DNA of 64,000 nucleotides from the NCBI RefSeq assembly GCF_000143415.4, contig NW_003314297.1, positions 124,001 to 188,000 of the forward strand. The letters run 5' to 3'. Both the position numbers and the translations under genes were made by a program. The notes beneath the pieces were generated by a model. It was not told where the DNA came from, ran no database searches, and saw nothing but the letters and a program-made list of their open reading frames with translations. Source of the DNA: Selaginella moellendorffii (Eukaryota; Plantae; Lycopodiophyta). Position 1 is the first letter of the stretch. Every line of letters begins with the position of its first letter. Shown in pieces: positions 10,399 to 24,977 of the stretch.

Positions 10399-13300
10399 AT
10401 GGCGTCTCCGTCGTCTTCTCTGTCGATCACAGGTGGAAAATCCTTCCGGAAGCTCATCAGCCCGAAATCCTTCAAGACGGCGACGACTCCTTCTCCCAAC
10501 AGCAGCGGCACAAGGCGCACATCCAGCGGCCGCTACATGACGCTGTCCAAGGACGATCAAGATCTTGGAGGAGAGGTGAGCTCCGAGTTTAATCCCAGCT
10601 ATCATGTCCACATTCCTCCAACGCCGGACAATCAGCCAATGTCCTCCACACCCGCCGACCAGATCCTGGCCGCCAAGGTGGAGCAGCAGTTTGTTTCCAA
10701 CACGATCTTCAGCGGTGGATTCAACAGCGTGACGAGGGGCCATGTCTTGGAGAGGATGGTCGAGGCCGACGCATCCCATCCCCAAATGGCGTGCGCTAGG
10801 AGCGGGGTGTGCTCGGTGGAAGGCTGCGATGGGAAGTCCATGAGGGACGAGAGGGGCGAGGACATCACCCCTTGCGAATGCGCGTATAGGATCTGTCGGG
10901 AGTGCTATGTGGATGCGCTGGAGAGCACAGGGAAGTGTCCCGGATGCAAGGAGGCGTATAAGGTGATCGATCCAGACGGGGAGGTCTTGCCACTGCCGCC
11001 ACCCCCAGGGAGAGTTGACAGGAGGCTCTCGCTGCTCAGGTCCAGCAAGCCATCGCTGCTGATGAGAACACAGACGTCCGACTTCGATCACGCTCGATGG
11101 TTGTATGAGACCAAAGGGACTTACGGGTATGGGAACGCTCTCTGGCCCAAGGACGAGGCTTACATGGAGAGTGGAGATGATGGAGCTCCTCCGAAATTCA
11201 ACGAGAAGGCGAGGAAGCCGATGTCTAGGAAGACAGGGGTGTCTGCTGCGATTCTTAGTCCATACAGGTACGCACCACTGTTGCTTTTTGGTTTTTTATG
11301 TCCTGGTTCTTTACAGACTTCTCGTGATAGTCCGGTTGGCAGTGCTGGGACTTTTCTTGGAATGGCGGGTTCGACATCCCAACAGAGATGCGATGTGGCT
11401 GTGGGGAATATCGGTGGTCTGTGAGATCTGGTTCGCCTTCTCTTGGGTTTTGGACCAGCTGCCCAAGCTCTGTCCCGTCAACCGTGCCACCGACTTGAAC
11501 GCGCTCAAGGACAGGTTTGAAACGCCGAGTCCCGAAAATCCCAGGGGCAGATCGGACCTTCCAGGCATCGATGTGTTCGTGTCTACTGCTGATCCTGACA
11601 AGGAGCCAACTCTGGTGACGGCCAACACCATCTTGTCGATTCTAGCTGCCGAGTATCCGGTGGAGAAACTTTGCTGCTATCTTTCCGACGACGGTGGTGC
11701 ATTAATCTCTTTCGAAGGTCTGGCCGAAGCAGCTAGTTTTGCCAGGTTCTGGGTTCCTTTCTGCCGGAAACACGATATCGAGCCTAGGAATCCAGAGACT
11801 TACTTTCTTCTGAAGGGTGACCCGACGAAGAACAAACTGAGGTCGGATTTTGTGAAGGACAGGAGAAGAGTCAAGCGAGAATACGACGAGTTCAAGGTCC
11901 GCATCAATGGACTACCTGATGCAATCCGAAGAAGATCCGACGCCTACAATGCTCACGAGGAGATACGAGCCAAACGTTACCAGATAGAAAGTGGTGGTGA
12001 TCCAAGTGAGCCGCTCAATGTTCCGAAAGCTACTTGGATGGCTGATGGCACCCACTGGCCGGGAACTTGGACGTCTTCGAACAAGGACCACAGCCGAGGA
12101 GATCATGCTGGGATCATTCAGGTACGCAATGTTTTCTATTACATTGTCTCTTTCTTACAACTTTCCTTTTTCTCGTTGCAGGTTATGCTCGCTCCACCAA
12201 GTAGCGAGCCTCTCATGGGAAGCTCTGACGAAGACAACCTCATTGACACGTCTGAGCTTGACATCCGGCTTCCGATGCTTGTTTATGTTTCAAGGGAGAA
12301 GAGGCCGGGATACGACCACAACAAGAAGGCAGGCGCCATGAACGCGCTTGTGCGAACGAGTGCTATCATGTCCAACGGTGCCTTCATCCTGAACCTTGAC
12401 TGCGACCACTACATTTTCAACTCTCTTGCGCTGAGGGAAGCAATGTGCTTTATGATGGACCGAGGAGGCGACAGGCTTTGCTACGTCCAGTTCCCGCAGC
12501 GTTTTGAAGGCATCGATCCAAACGATCGCTACGCCAACCACAACACCGTGTTCTTCGACGTCAACATGCGGGCACTGGATGGTGTACAGGGACCAGTTTA
12601 CGTGGGGACTGGCTGTGTTTTCAGAAGGATAGCGCTGTACGCGTTCGATCCTCCACGACACAAGAGTCGTGGTTGCTGCGGTGATAGAGACAGCAAGAAG
12701 AAGTCGGCCAAGTCGGATATCGAGATAGCATCTTTGAACGGTGGAGACGACGAAGATGCGGAAGCTCAGCTGGTTCCAAAACGGTTTGGAAATTCTATCA
12801 GCTTTCTGGAGTCGATACCCGTGGCGGAATTTCAAGGCAGGCCACTGGACGCACAAGGTGTGAAGTATGGAAGACCTCCCGGAGCTTTGACAGAGCCTCG
12901 TGAACCACTGGATGCTGCAACCGTGGCTGAAGCTATCAATGCCATCTCTTGCTGGTACGAGGATAAAACAGAGTGGGGACACAGAGTAGGATGGATTTAC
13001 GGCTCGGTCACAGAAGACGTGGTAACTGGCTTCCGAATGCATGACAGAGGCTGGAGATCGGTCTACTGCGTGACCAAACGAGACGCCTTCAGGGGAAGTG
13101 CTCCTATAAACTTGACGGACAGGCTGCACCAAGTCTTGCGATGGGCTACCGGGTCAGTGGAGATTTTCTTCTCACGCAACAACGCTCTGTTTGCAAGCTC
13201 GAGGCTGAAGTTTCTCCAGCGGATAGCCTACTTGAACGTCGGGATTTATCCGTTCACGTCGATCTTCCTTCTGGTCTACTGCTTCCTCCCGGCACTGTCG

Positions 13301-13912
13301 CTCTTCACGGGCCAGTTCATCGTCCAGACGCTCAACGTCACCTTCCTGGTCTACCTCCTGACTATCACGGTGACGCTGTGCCTTTTGGCTGTGCTGGAGA
13401 TCAAGTGGTCGGGCATCACACTGGACGAATGGTGGCGGAACGAACAGTTCTGGGTCATTGGGGGAACCAGTGCGCATCTGGCAGCCGTGCTCCAGGGGCT
13501 ACTCAAAGTCATCGCTGGTGTGGACATATCTTTTACTCTGACGTCCAAAGCAGGTGGAGAAGGCGAAGATGACGCTTACGCCGACCTCTACATCGTCAAG
13601 TGGTCTGCCCTGATGATTCCTCCGATCACCATCATGATGACCAACTTGATAGCGATCGGGGTCGGAGTTTCCAGGACTATTTACAGCGAGATTCCCCAGT
13701 GGAGCAGGCTACTCGGCGGAGTGTTCTTCAGCGCCTGGGTGCTGTTCCACCTCTATCCGTTTGCGAAGGGACTCATGGGGCGACGAGGGAGGACTCCGAC
13801 CATCGTTTTCATCTGGTCGGGACTTCTCGCCATTGTCATCTCACTGCTCTGGGTGTCGATCAGCCCTCCGTCTCAAGCTCAAGGCATTGGTGGTGGCTTC
13901 CAGTTTCCGTGA
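10399..13912 (+). CDS. CSLD: Cellulose synthase-like D protein; introns 11268-11316 and 12122-12181
   Basis: CSLD N-terminus ([29 protein letters not shown], Cys-rich RING-like region), DDG, DCD, TED and QVLRW motifs, C-terminal GGGFQFP. Confidence 0.97.
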
Positions 13913-14049
13913 GTTTACTCTCAGGTATGGTTTAAATCCAACTTTCTTTTCAACTTAAGACGACGTTCTTGCTGACTTGATCTCGTGTATGCAGGGGCCC
14001 TCTGTCTGTACAAAAATGATATTCTCTCGCTTGATTCAGCCCCCGATTG

Positions 14050-15347
14050 TCAAGAGCGGCAGTCCTGGCAGTGACATTCCAGTTGCCAAGCGTCCAGCAA
14101 TTCCAGCTGCTTGATGTGCACATCGTTGTCGATCTCGAGGTGGTCTCTCAAGTCGCTTATTAGCTTCTCCTGGCCCCAAGTCAAGCCAGTGCACCTCGAA
14201 CGAAGCGCTCTCAGCACGCACGAGTAAGCCTTTCTCTGGATGTACTTGATCATGCAGTATTCCTCCCCGGGTCCTCCTTTCCCTCCCTGCTGCTTCTCCT
14301 CTTGCCGGTTTTCTTCCATTCCCTTCGATAGCTGCTGCTCCTCCTGTTGCTCTGGCTCGCGAGTCCCATTCCTCCTCTCCCCCCGATCACCAAGGTCCGA
14401 GCTTTCAAGATCCTTCCTTTTCCTCCCGTTCACGGCCGGACTGTCGAGGTCCGAGACGTTCATCCTTTCTTTACTGTTTGTTCCCGCCTGTGGTGAGCCC
14501 GGCGGTGTCAAGTTCGCATTGTCTTGCGAATGATCGCTGGGTGACTTTAGAGGCACCCCGTCGTTGAGCTCTTCTTGCTGGTTGACGTTGTGCTCCGCCT
14601 CCTCGTCATCTTCGTCGTCTCCCCTGCGCTGCTGCTGCTGCTGCTGCTGCTGCCGCCTGTCTTCTCTGTTGGACACTGGCACCCTTCTCTCCGAGTAGCC
14701 CCGAACTTGGTACTTTGGCTGGGTGTTCTTCCGGCGATAAGCCTCCAAGCACGGATTCCTCTTCTGCGGGTGGACAAGCAAGCGAGCATAGCGTCAGCGA
14801 TCCAGCGCAACGACGAAGTAACCAATGCAGGAGGAAAAAACAAAAACCAAGACCTTGGAACTCACTACTTTGGACGAGGAAGAGCAAAGAAAACTCTCAG
14901 CAAAGAAAGATCTCGGTTGAGCAGCAGTACCTCATAGACACGAATCCAGATCCCGTTGTGCCAGTCCTGCCGCAATCGCAGCAGCGCCGCCGGGTACTCC
15001 ATCTCCTCGACGCTCTCGCGGAAGTAGACCACGTACTTGTTGTCGGGCTCCACGACCCGGGTGACGGTGCCGACCCACCAGCCATCGCGGTCGTAGGCCT
15101 CGATCGCGTCCCCCTCGTCGAACTTGGCCGCCGGGGCCGCCGGGGGAACGGGCCTCACTTGCGCCAGCGGCACGCATTCCTCGAGCGGCGCGTCGGAGCT
15201 CTCCCCGATGAGCGTGCGGTAGCGCACCCAGCAGCTCTTGTTGCTCTTCTTGAGAAGCGTCGCCTCGTACCAGCTGCCCAGAAACCCCGCCTCGTCGCTG
15301 CGTACCTCCACGCGCTCGCCCTTGCGCAGCCGATTCCCCGCCGCCAT
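14050..15347 (-). CDS. Agenet/Tudor (x2) + C-terminal ENT-domain chromatin protein
   Basis: GERVEVRSDEAGFLGSWY..., GDAIEAYDRDGWWVG..LRLRQDW; ENT-like IQRKAYSCVLRALR..LTWGQEKLISDLRDHLEIDND.H; intron ~14930-14764; polyQ from (CTG)n at ~14628-14652. Confidence 0.85.
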
Positions 15348-15479
15348 GCCGCCGAGGAGCACGCGGGGCGATTGAAGCAAGACCGCTGGCGATTCGCTCG
15401 TCAGGCCATCGCGCACAAAGAGAGAGAATTTTAGGGCCCGGAAAAATATCTATCGAAATATGCGATCTGGTAGCAGAAT

Positions 15480-18400
15480 ATGCCGTTTTATGTTTTGGAT
15501 AGTTATAGTGAGCTTTTTACATCTTTTTAACATTAATAATTTTTATATTATATTTAGTATTTGAATCCAATAAAAAAAACTAGGATTTTACTAAAGTTTT
15601 TAGAAGATAAAATAAATAAACTCTTCAAGTTACCTGGAAAAAATTGAATGTTATTGCTAATTAAAATTTCAAAAATATTTTTTGTTACTTATTAAATCAT
15701 TACTTTTTTATTACTAAATTTTGAGAAATGGGAATAAAAAATTAATTAGGTCTAAAAAATTGATATTCAGTTCCAAATAAAAATGCTATAGTGTAATAAT
15801 TAATATGATACTTAGTTAAGATAATAAATGTATACACTAATTAGAGAATTACATCATATTATTTTAATAAATAACATGATTTTTCTATATGGCAAAAAAC
15901 ATTAACAGATAATATAACAATATTTAGAAAGAATAATTACATTTATAGATATAAAAATTAAAGGTTTCTATTTCCAATATCACTTTCTTTTTTTGCACCA
16001 CAATGAAAATTTAATAGCTTAAACAACTTCATAGTAAAATTTGTAAAGTTATCATTTAAATTTATAAATATTATGTGTAAAAGAAAACTTTAAACAACAA
16101 AAGTGTATTATATTTCTTCTAGAAAAAAATTTCATATGAATATCAAATAACAATATTTATTTTAAGTCTTTTTTACCTAAATTTTCAATATAAAATTAAT
16201 CACAATAGCTAAAAAAGTACAATATATTTTATTTAATTACTTCATAGTTAGAATTATTATCATTTGGTATTTTATATGTCAAACTCAAAATAATAGATAT
16301 TAAAAATTTATAATTATTTTAAATATTTATTAAAACTGTATCAAATATTGATATTAATGTGTTTAATATTACTTTTAATAATTTTAATACTTAACTTGAC
16401 TTTTATATCATCAAAGTAAAGTATCATAATCTATACTAAATAATTTATTAGAGTTGTCAGTGAAGAATTATATTAGATTACTTAAATTCTTGTATGACTT
16501 CCATAAAATATCAAAACTTAATTACAAATAAAGAAGATTTAAGAAATATATTGATTATAGAATGTTCAAATATTAAAATCTCATTATCAAATAAAGTATT
16601 ATAAATTTTGAGAAATGAAGTTTTATTTTATTTTAGTATAAAAGTTTTTTATAGTATCTAGGGGTGGGATGTTGCTTGATGAAAAGTATAGCATTAATAA
16701 TGATGACTATAATAAAAAGAAAGAGATTTTTAATAATGTCAGCACTTGACTATGAATGCACTATTGATGAGTTTTAATTATAATTTCATAATGTAGCCTA
16801 ATATTAGATGATTGTTTTTTTAATGAAACTAAAATTTTATTTTTTATGAAAATATTTTACAAATATGAATTAATAATAAATATATTACTATAAATAACTA
16901 TATAATATAGATAATAAGTATATATATTCTAATTAAGAGGATGAATAATTTGCTGGTACCTCCACTAGAAAAGGTAGAAATAAATTATAGTAATAAATGA
17001 TAAATTTGTTGAAAGGTAATATTAGAATCTAATAGTTTTTAGAGAAAAAAAGTAGTATATAACTTAAATATCTTGTTTGTTAAATATCTACAAAATATAT
17101 TTTAAATCTCATTAAATTTGAATGTTTATGGAATGTGCTTCCAAAATAGATTTATCACAGATACAAATAAAAAATTCATAGATGTATTTGCTAACTACCA
17201 GACTCTAACTATCCATGAAGTTCCTAAAGAACCTGGTAAGTTGGTTGAAGCATTTTTATGTCAAACTCATGCATTTTTTTAATGCTAAAGTTATAAATGA
17301 GTAGCAATGAAAGATTTTGGCAAAATATAATAATATCCAATTGTCCAACCTCATCTAGCAAGACCAAGGACTAATTATGAGGATCTCTTACTTTGATTAT
17401 TTTCCACAAATACCAATTCCACTATTTTTTATCTTCAGCCCCAATAAACTAGAGAGCTGTGGCCAGGTGTTTAATCTTGTCTATGCATGAAAGCAATGAT
17501 TGACTTCACTTGGAATAATAAAATCTTAGAACATACCTTACACTTTATGCTTTGATTAGGAAGATTTAAGTAATAAAAAAATAAGGAAATAACCATATGA
17601 CTTGATTTTAGTTAAGTAAGTCCAATAATGTGAAATTGAAACTTTTGGACAAAGTGTGTTACTTAAAAATTATTGAATTCTAACATTTCTCAGTTCCAAG
17701 GGATCTATATAGTGGCAATGGAATGTAATTGTTAAAGATGGGATATGACAAAATATAGGAATATTGTAAACTATTACCAAATAGTGAATTTGAATATAAG
17801 AATTTAATATTAGGCTTCTTGAATGTTTTTAGTTAAAAACTAGATAATGGATTTGGTATTTAAGCAAGAAAGAAAATATAAAAATAATTGTTACTACTCT
17901 TTTGAAATACATATTATTAATAATATCAGAAAGTAATTTCTAATTATTTCATAGTAGGAAATGGTTTTAAAATTTTATTAATTATAAATACAAGATTAAT
18001 CTAAATGAATAATAACCATTAGATGATAGAATATTGAGGTATTTTATAGGTATATCCACTACCATATAGCCAAAAATATCATGTTGAGTAAAAATTAAAC
18101 TAAGATAAACTATAAAGTTGTTGTTATGTAAAATTTTCTTGAAGTATTTTTTTATTTCTGTGGTAAAACTAGAGCTGTGATATTTTACTTATCTTTCCAT
18201 AATTTTTCATTGCACAGTATTATCTCTACATCTGCACAAAAGGCCTTGAAGATTGTTTATTTAATATATAAGAACAAAAACCTCTTAGTACACAAGGAGA
18301 AAGGTAAACAACAAATACCAACTGCTTACTTTAGATTTTTTTTATACATACACAACTAAAGTAAAACTTTTGGCAGAAGTAATAGCCAATAAGGGATAGT

Positions 18401-19120
18401 TTTCTTTCATGTATATAAAATATATGAAAAATCTGGTGGTTTTCACTCACCATGTAACTATAGCTCAAATATTAATTTTAAAGTATTGCATAATAAACTA
18501 ATAAAATAATGTATTTATAAATTATATTTCCTCTTTAACCCATAATAGTAGAGAAATTACCTTATCTTACCATCTCTTGTGTTGCAAGGAACTATTATGC
18601 ATTTCTTAGATTTTATCAATTTATATTTTCTCAATGTGTCTAGAACCATTCTCTATTGCCAACTTTGAGGTTTAATATAAATATGGTAGCAATATGGATA
18701 ACTTATGTATGTTTTTAAATGCAAAATCCAATACATAATAGAAATTTTAGTAAACTATGAATTCAGATAAAACTCATTACACACTTAAAATTATAATGTC
18801 ACCAAACCAGTTAGAAAACCTAGTTTACAATTCTTTGGTTTTGTGAAAACTCAATTGCTTTTAAAGCTTGATGTGTTTAGGGTTGTGTATCTTTTTATGA
18901 AGGCAATTAAAAAAATTCAAATTCAAATTTCATGATGATAAAATAAAATGATTTTATCTTCCCCAATACATACATTATTATCTAATTTCAGTATTGTTCT
19001 TTGGAGATAAATAGTAGCAAATTTAGATATGTATACAATCAAAATTTATACAAATCTAATTAACATATTAATTCTAACTATCAAGAACACCCTAAAACCT
19101 AAACATATATTCTTGTGAGC
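15480..19120. repeat. Very AT-rich, CpG-depleted intergenic block, probably decayed transposon DNA
   Basis: Composition and absence of ORFs; no family assignable by eye. Confidence 0.45.
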
Positions 19121-19414
19121 TAGTATGTACTGTGGTTCATGACTGGCATGTAACGAAGTTTTCTATCGTCTTTTGTAATATGTATGTTTCCTTTCTATCA
19201 ACATAACTATGTGTGCAGAATGAGAGTTTTGCCTATTGCTTCCTGGAGGAATCAATTGATCTGTGATTTTCTTTGCGATCATCATCATGCACTACTTTGA
19301 TAACCATGAGGATCCTCCACTCAGTCAAGTTCCAGATTGTCCAACCAGAACAAATAACTTGATCAATGTATGATGTATAGAGATGAGATCCTCCAGAATA
19401 TCATAACAGTTAAA

Positions 19415-22400
19415 TCTATACATATAAGTGATAGTGGGGAGGCCTGCTGGCTGTTGGATCCCAGGCCTGCTGGCCATTGGATCCCAGGCCCGGGCTAGGG
19501 TCAGTAGCCATGGTTGTGTGAGAATTTTTTCTGATGTTTGCACTGGCCAGTGGGAGACCACTACAGCTCTGGTGCTCATTGGCTCCGAGCGAGGCAAGAC
19601 AGGCATCTAACATGTGCCACCAGTGGTGTCCTATCCCCGTGCCTGTTCTTTTTAGCTCACCCTAGATGCCTTGCCACAATTGAGCTAATGCTTGCTTGCC
19701 GGATCCAGCGGCAGAGTTGGAGCCAGAGCCAGCCTTCACAGCCAAAACCATCAAAGAGTTTGCAGTTTGCAGGTAGCAGCGTCGCATGTTCCCGAAAAAT
19801 CAGCCAAGAAGTCCGGAGAGCCACGGATGGACAACCACGTTTAATCATTGGTGGCTTTAAACCACCCATATTCAGGAGGGTCTTGTCCTTCTATGAGAGA
19901 GAACAAGCCCAAGGTGAGTTCTCAACTCCACCCACCTCTCACGGCTCAAACGTCATTGTATTCTAAAAAGCATAGGAGGCTTTTTGAATGCTCACTACGC
20001 CCTGGAAAATGTGTGCCAGTCCTGTGTCTAGGTTTTATTGGTTGTTAGATTAGTCTCTTTTGTTTATAGCTTCAGGCGTGTACAGATTGTGCTCTCACTA
20101 TATAGTCTTCGATTTTTTTTTTTTTTAATTTTTTCTGGCTTTTACTTAAAACCTCTGAAAATTTTAAGATAAGTTCTTTGATTTTCTTTGATGCATCACT
20201 TGCATCTATTTCTTGCCTTAAGTTTAAATTTGCACTAGATAGGTTATTTCATTTTATTTATCAAATAAAATTTCCTCCCTAGCAAATATGCCTCAGCTTC
20301 GTGAAGTATTAAGAGGCATATGTCACCACTTGCCTCCAACTATTGACATTAGCACATATATTCATACTCACAACAACCTTGCATATGCTAATGAAGAAAC
20401 TAATTTAGACTTTGAACATGCTAATACAAAAATTACTTCAGATCTTGACAATGCTAAACATAGCACATGCTGATGAAGGTCACACAAATATAAACCTTGA
20501 AAATGCTAATGAAACTAATACAAATGCATGCAATCATCATAGTTATACTGTCTATAAGTTAGCACATCAAAAGAATTATAATAACCATACAACACATATA
20601 TTTAATATTGGAAATATGTCATTTATATGTGTTTTTTGTAATGCATTACATTTTGAAAATGAGTCAAAATCAATGTGTTGCCAGAATGGAAAGGTTTTCC
20701 TTCCCCAACTTTCATCTTTACCTACTATATTACGTATGCTTTTTAATGAAAATAAAAACTCTAACTTCAAAATTAACATAAGAAATTTCAATAGTGCTTT
20801 AGCTTTTCATCAATGGGTGCTAATGTTAATAATTTAAGTGGTAAAGGCCCATATTGCTTTAGAATACATGGTCAAATTTATCATAATATTGCTTCAACGT
20901 ATCCTGCTGCTAACATGCTACCATCATGTTTGACACATATGAGGCTACAAATATTAGAAAGCAAAACCCATTCAACACAAATTGTGATTTTAATTTATTA
21001 TTACAATTAGATCACTTGTTAAAAATAATAAACCCATATGCACAAGCTTTTCAAATGATGTATGATTTTAAATCACAAGAACAATGTTACTCAATTTGCA
21101 ATGGAATTCCAAAACATAGTGTTTACATGATTGTTAAAAGTGAAGGTACTAATCTACATTGTTATAACTTGCCACAGACTAATGATATTGCTATTGTTTT
21201 TGCTATCGATAAGGATGAGCCATTTTTTGATAGAGAAATATACATACATCTATATAACTCACAGCCAGAAAACATTTCTATTCTTAATGAAATTTGTGAT
21301 CTTATGATTTATCTTTTACTTTTGCCATTTGGTGATAAAGGTTAGCATGAAAAATTTTACCACAATGAGTCATATGTAACACTACTCTAGTACTATACAT
21401 ATCAATTATCTCAATGGGATAGCATTGACAACTCTTTCCTTTATGATCAGGTGCTACATGTTGGGAAACTCACTTAACAATTTATGGTTGATGCTTATAT
21501 AAATGTTACCTTAATTTCTTTTGCACTCATTAAAAACACTTAAAAGTGGATACTACATAGATTTTATGGACTATGTTAACAACAAAGCTACTATTAATAA
21601 TGCTGAACTTGGAAGAGTTATAATTTTGCCTTTTACATTTCCTAGTAGCCTATGAGCAATGCAACAACATCATCAAGATGCTATTATTATTGTTACACAT
21701 TTTGAAAAACCTAACTTATATATTACATTTACATGTAACCCAAAATGGCCTGAAATTATGCAGAACTTACAGCCAAATGAATCACCTGAGGATCAACTTA
21801 ATCTTATTTCAAGAGTTTTCAACTTGAAACTTAAAAAATTCCTACATGACATAAGTATCAAAGAAATTTTTAGGAAGTGCATGGCATATATTTATGTTAT
21901 TAAATTCCAGAAAATAGATTTGTCTCATTGTCATTTTTTAGCAATGTTATTAAGTGAAGACAAGATAAAAAACCATGACTCAATTGATGAATTTGTCACT
22001 ACACAGTTACCACATCCATTGCTAAAACCAGAATTGCATAACATAATTATAAATTATATAATACATGGTTCATGTGGTTATCTGAATCCTAGAAACCCTT
22101 GCATGGAAAATAACAAATGCTTTAAGAATTATCCAAAATAATTTAATATTGAGACCATTTATTGATTATCCTGATAACTATTGACCAAATAACAGATGCA
22201 CTTTCATAAAAAATGGTTGTACTATTGATAATAAATGGGTTGTTCCTTATAATAAATACATTTGTAAGAAATATAAAGCACACATCAATGTATATTAAAT
22301 ATTTATTTCAATATGTATACAAAGGTTATAATTGTGCAACATTAAAATTCCTAACCACATCTTAAGAATGAAGGACTTTAAATTGGGATGAAATCTCAAT

Positions 22401-24314
22401 CTTTGTCGATGTTCGATATATTTCTACTCCCAAAGCCATGTGGTGTATATTTAAGTTTCATATGCATAATAAATCACTAACTATTATATAGTCTATTTCA
22501 TACTAGGTCATGAATAAGAAGCACTAGAAAGAGCCACTCAAAATGAATAATGCTTACACAATAGTTCAATTTAAATATGCAAAATATTAATGTAAGGCAA
22601 TACATATATGCTTAAATTATGTTGCACTACACATATAAAAAATCTTCTCATAAATGACAATTACGCTAACAAAAAGCTAAAATCATATTAAGAATGTATT
22701 TCATATCTCCTTGTACCACTTGTGGCTTATATTACTCTATAAAAATGGTGTATTATTGAAAATTCCTCTTTTAAACAAATAGCTATGACAATGGGGCTTT
22801 TAGCAGATGATTCAAAATGGTAATATTGCATACAACTTTTAAAATGACATCCCAATTAAAATAGTTATTTGTTTTTATTTTTTTTATATTATTCATTAAA
22901 AGATCCAAATCTATTATGGGATGAATTTAAAATTGATATATCTAAGGATTACGCTAGAAATAATATAAACTATTTTGATATTGCTTTACTCAATATTAAC
23001 TCAAAATTCCAACTACACAATAAATTTAATTGTGATTTTGGTTTACCACTCCCAACTCTTACTCCCATTATTAAACATATGCTTAATACACAGATCCTTG
23101 ATCCATCACAAAACCAAATCAATGCAAACATAAATTAATTCAATCATGAACAATGTTATATTTTTTACCTCATTATGAATGTCATTGACACAAACCAACA
23201 TCAATGTTTCTTTATTGATGAACTTAGTGGTGCTAGGACAACTTTTCTACTTAATACCATCATTACAGCATTATAATTAGAAAAAATAAAAGTAATCAGT
23301 ATGGCATAGACTAGGATTGCAAACATTTGCTAAAATATGGTTAAACAGCACATACAACTTTTAAACTTTTTATTTCTTTAAATGAAACTTCTATCTCTGC
23401 TTTAATAATTAATAGTGTTGCTAGAAAAACCATTAAACAAGCAAATATTGTCATATGGGATGAAATTAGTACAGTCCACACATATACTTTCTCTACAGTT
23501 AATAAATGTTAAAGCATTTCCAATGTAATTTTAAATCATTTGGAGGTGTTATAGTGATTATAAATGGTGACTTTTGTTAAACCCTTTCTATTGTTCCCCA
23601 TGGCCATAAAACTTCTATTATTTCAAGCTTAGTTAAAATGAATAAACTATAGTCACTCTTTACAACACTAACACTAATAAAGAACATGAGTTCAAGCAAT
23701 TTTTGTTTTTTTGAATGGCTTATCAAACTTGGCAATGGTGATAATAGTTTGCAATTGCTATATCTCCCACAAGATATTATCCAAATACCACATGCACTAT
23801 CTATCTTTACACTTGTTGTAAATTTTGCTTTTCCAAATACCAATAACATTATAAAGACTTACATAGCTGCATCAAAAGTTATTCTCACCCCATTCAATGA
23901 CAACACATTTAGAATAAAAAATGACTTGGTTGGAAGACTACCAGGTGATCCATATATTTACTTGAGCATTGACATAGTTGACTCAAATCACCTTGAAGAG
24001 TTCTTAATTGAATTCTTAAATTCAATCGCCCCATCAAGACTACTACCACACAAATTAATTCTAAAACAAAATATTATTTTGATTCTTCTTAAGAATATAT
24101 CTCCACAAATTGGTTTATGCAATGGCACTCACCTCATTCTCAAGCAAGCATCCCAAAATGTTTTAGATTGTGAAATTATCATGGGACAATTCAAGGGATT
24201 GTGAGTTTTTATTCCACATATTACCCTTACACCTTCAAATGTTGAAATCGCTTTCAAAATGTCCCAAAGACAATTCCTAATTCATCTGGGTTATTACTTA
24301 ACTATTTCTAAAAC
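19415..24314 (+). mobile_element. Helitron (degenerate Rep/PIF1 helicase), 5' and central part
   Basis: Candidate 5' end A|TCTATACATATAAG at 19415; fragments CVFCNALHF..MCCQNGKV, GPYCFRIHGQIYH, PNLYITFTCNPKWPEI, KFQKIDLSHCH (HUH), IHGSCG..NP..PCM, EFLNS..P....PHKL.LK, GLCNGT, RQF.I.L.Y.LTISK; many stops and frameshifts. Confidence 0.9.
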
Positions 24315-24399
24315 CAGGAAGCAACAGAATGAAAACTGTACATCTGCCATTAGCAGCTCAATAACACGTTGCCATAACCAAAATGGCACACCACCCAAG

Positions 24400-24957
24400 T
24401 GTAGCGCATGTGATCATGGGATGAGATTTGGATATATTGTCACCGTGGATCCTTGGAACCTTGGGGGATAAATGGGGATAAAATAACCACTAAGGGCTCT
24501 TTCATCAAGCAATTGCCCCTTTTCCAGTTGGCTTAAGGGGAGAGAGATAATGTGTGCTACAGTTGGTATCGGAGCAAATGGCACGGGTTCGATTCCCATT
24601 GATTAGTGGCTACTTAAAATATAATATACCCTTGAGCAAGGTATATTCCTACCCCTAAATTTGAAATCGTACGTATTGGGCATCCATGCGTACGTCCTTC
24701 CTCTTGTGTGGAGTATCCACGGACCGTGGTTCCAAGAGTAGGGGTTGCTAGTCAATAGTCAATGAGGACATTGACATCTCTGAAGGGGGGGTGAGTGTAG
24801 CGCATGTGATCATGGGATGAGATTTGGATATACTGTCACCGTGGATCCTTGGAACCTTGGGGGATAAATGGGGATAAAATAACCACTAAGGGCTCTCTCA
24901 TCAAGCAATTGCCCCTTTTCCAGTTGGCTTAAGGGGAGAGAAATAAGGTGTGCTACA
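24400..24957 (+). mobile_element. TRIM (terminal-repeat retrotransposon in miniature), 558 bp; LTRs 24400-24561 and 24796-24957
   Basis: Two 162-bp direct repeats TGTAGC...GCTACA differing at 4 sites; PBS TGGTATCGGAGC (iMet) at 24564; PPT GAAGGGGGGGTGAG before the 3' LTR; 5-bp TSD CCAAG (24395-24399, 24958-24962). Confidence 0.96.
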
Positions 24958-24977
24958 CCAAGGCACACCAATCAATA

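Noticed and set aside
17150-17800. Possible decayed coding remnant in the AT-rich block
   Set aside because: Too many stops and no motif I can assign
24564-24598. tRNA gene inside the TRIM
   Set aside because: Only a PBS and a T-loop-like fragment; no cloverleaf
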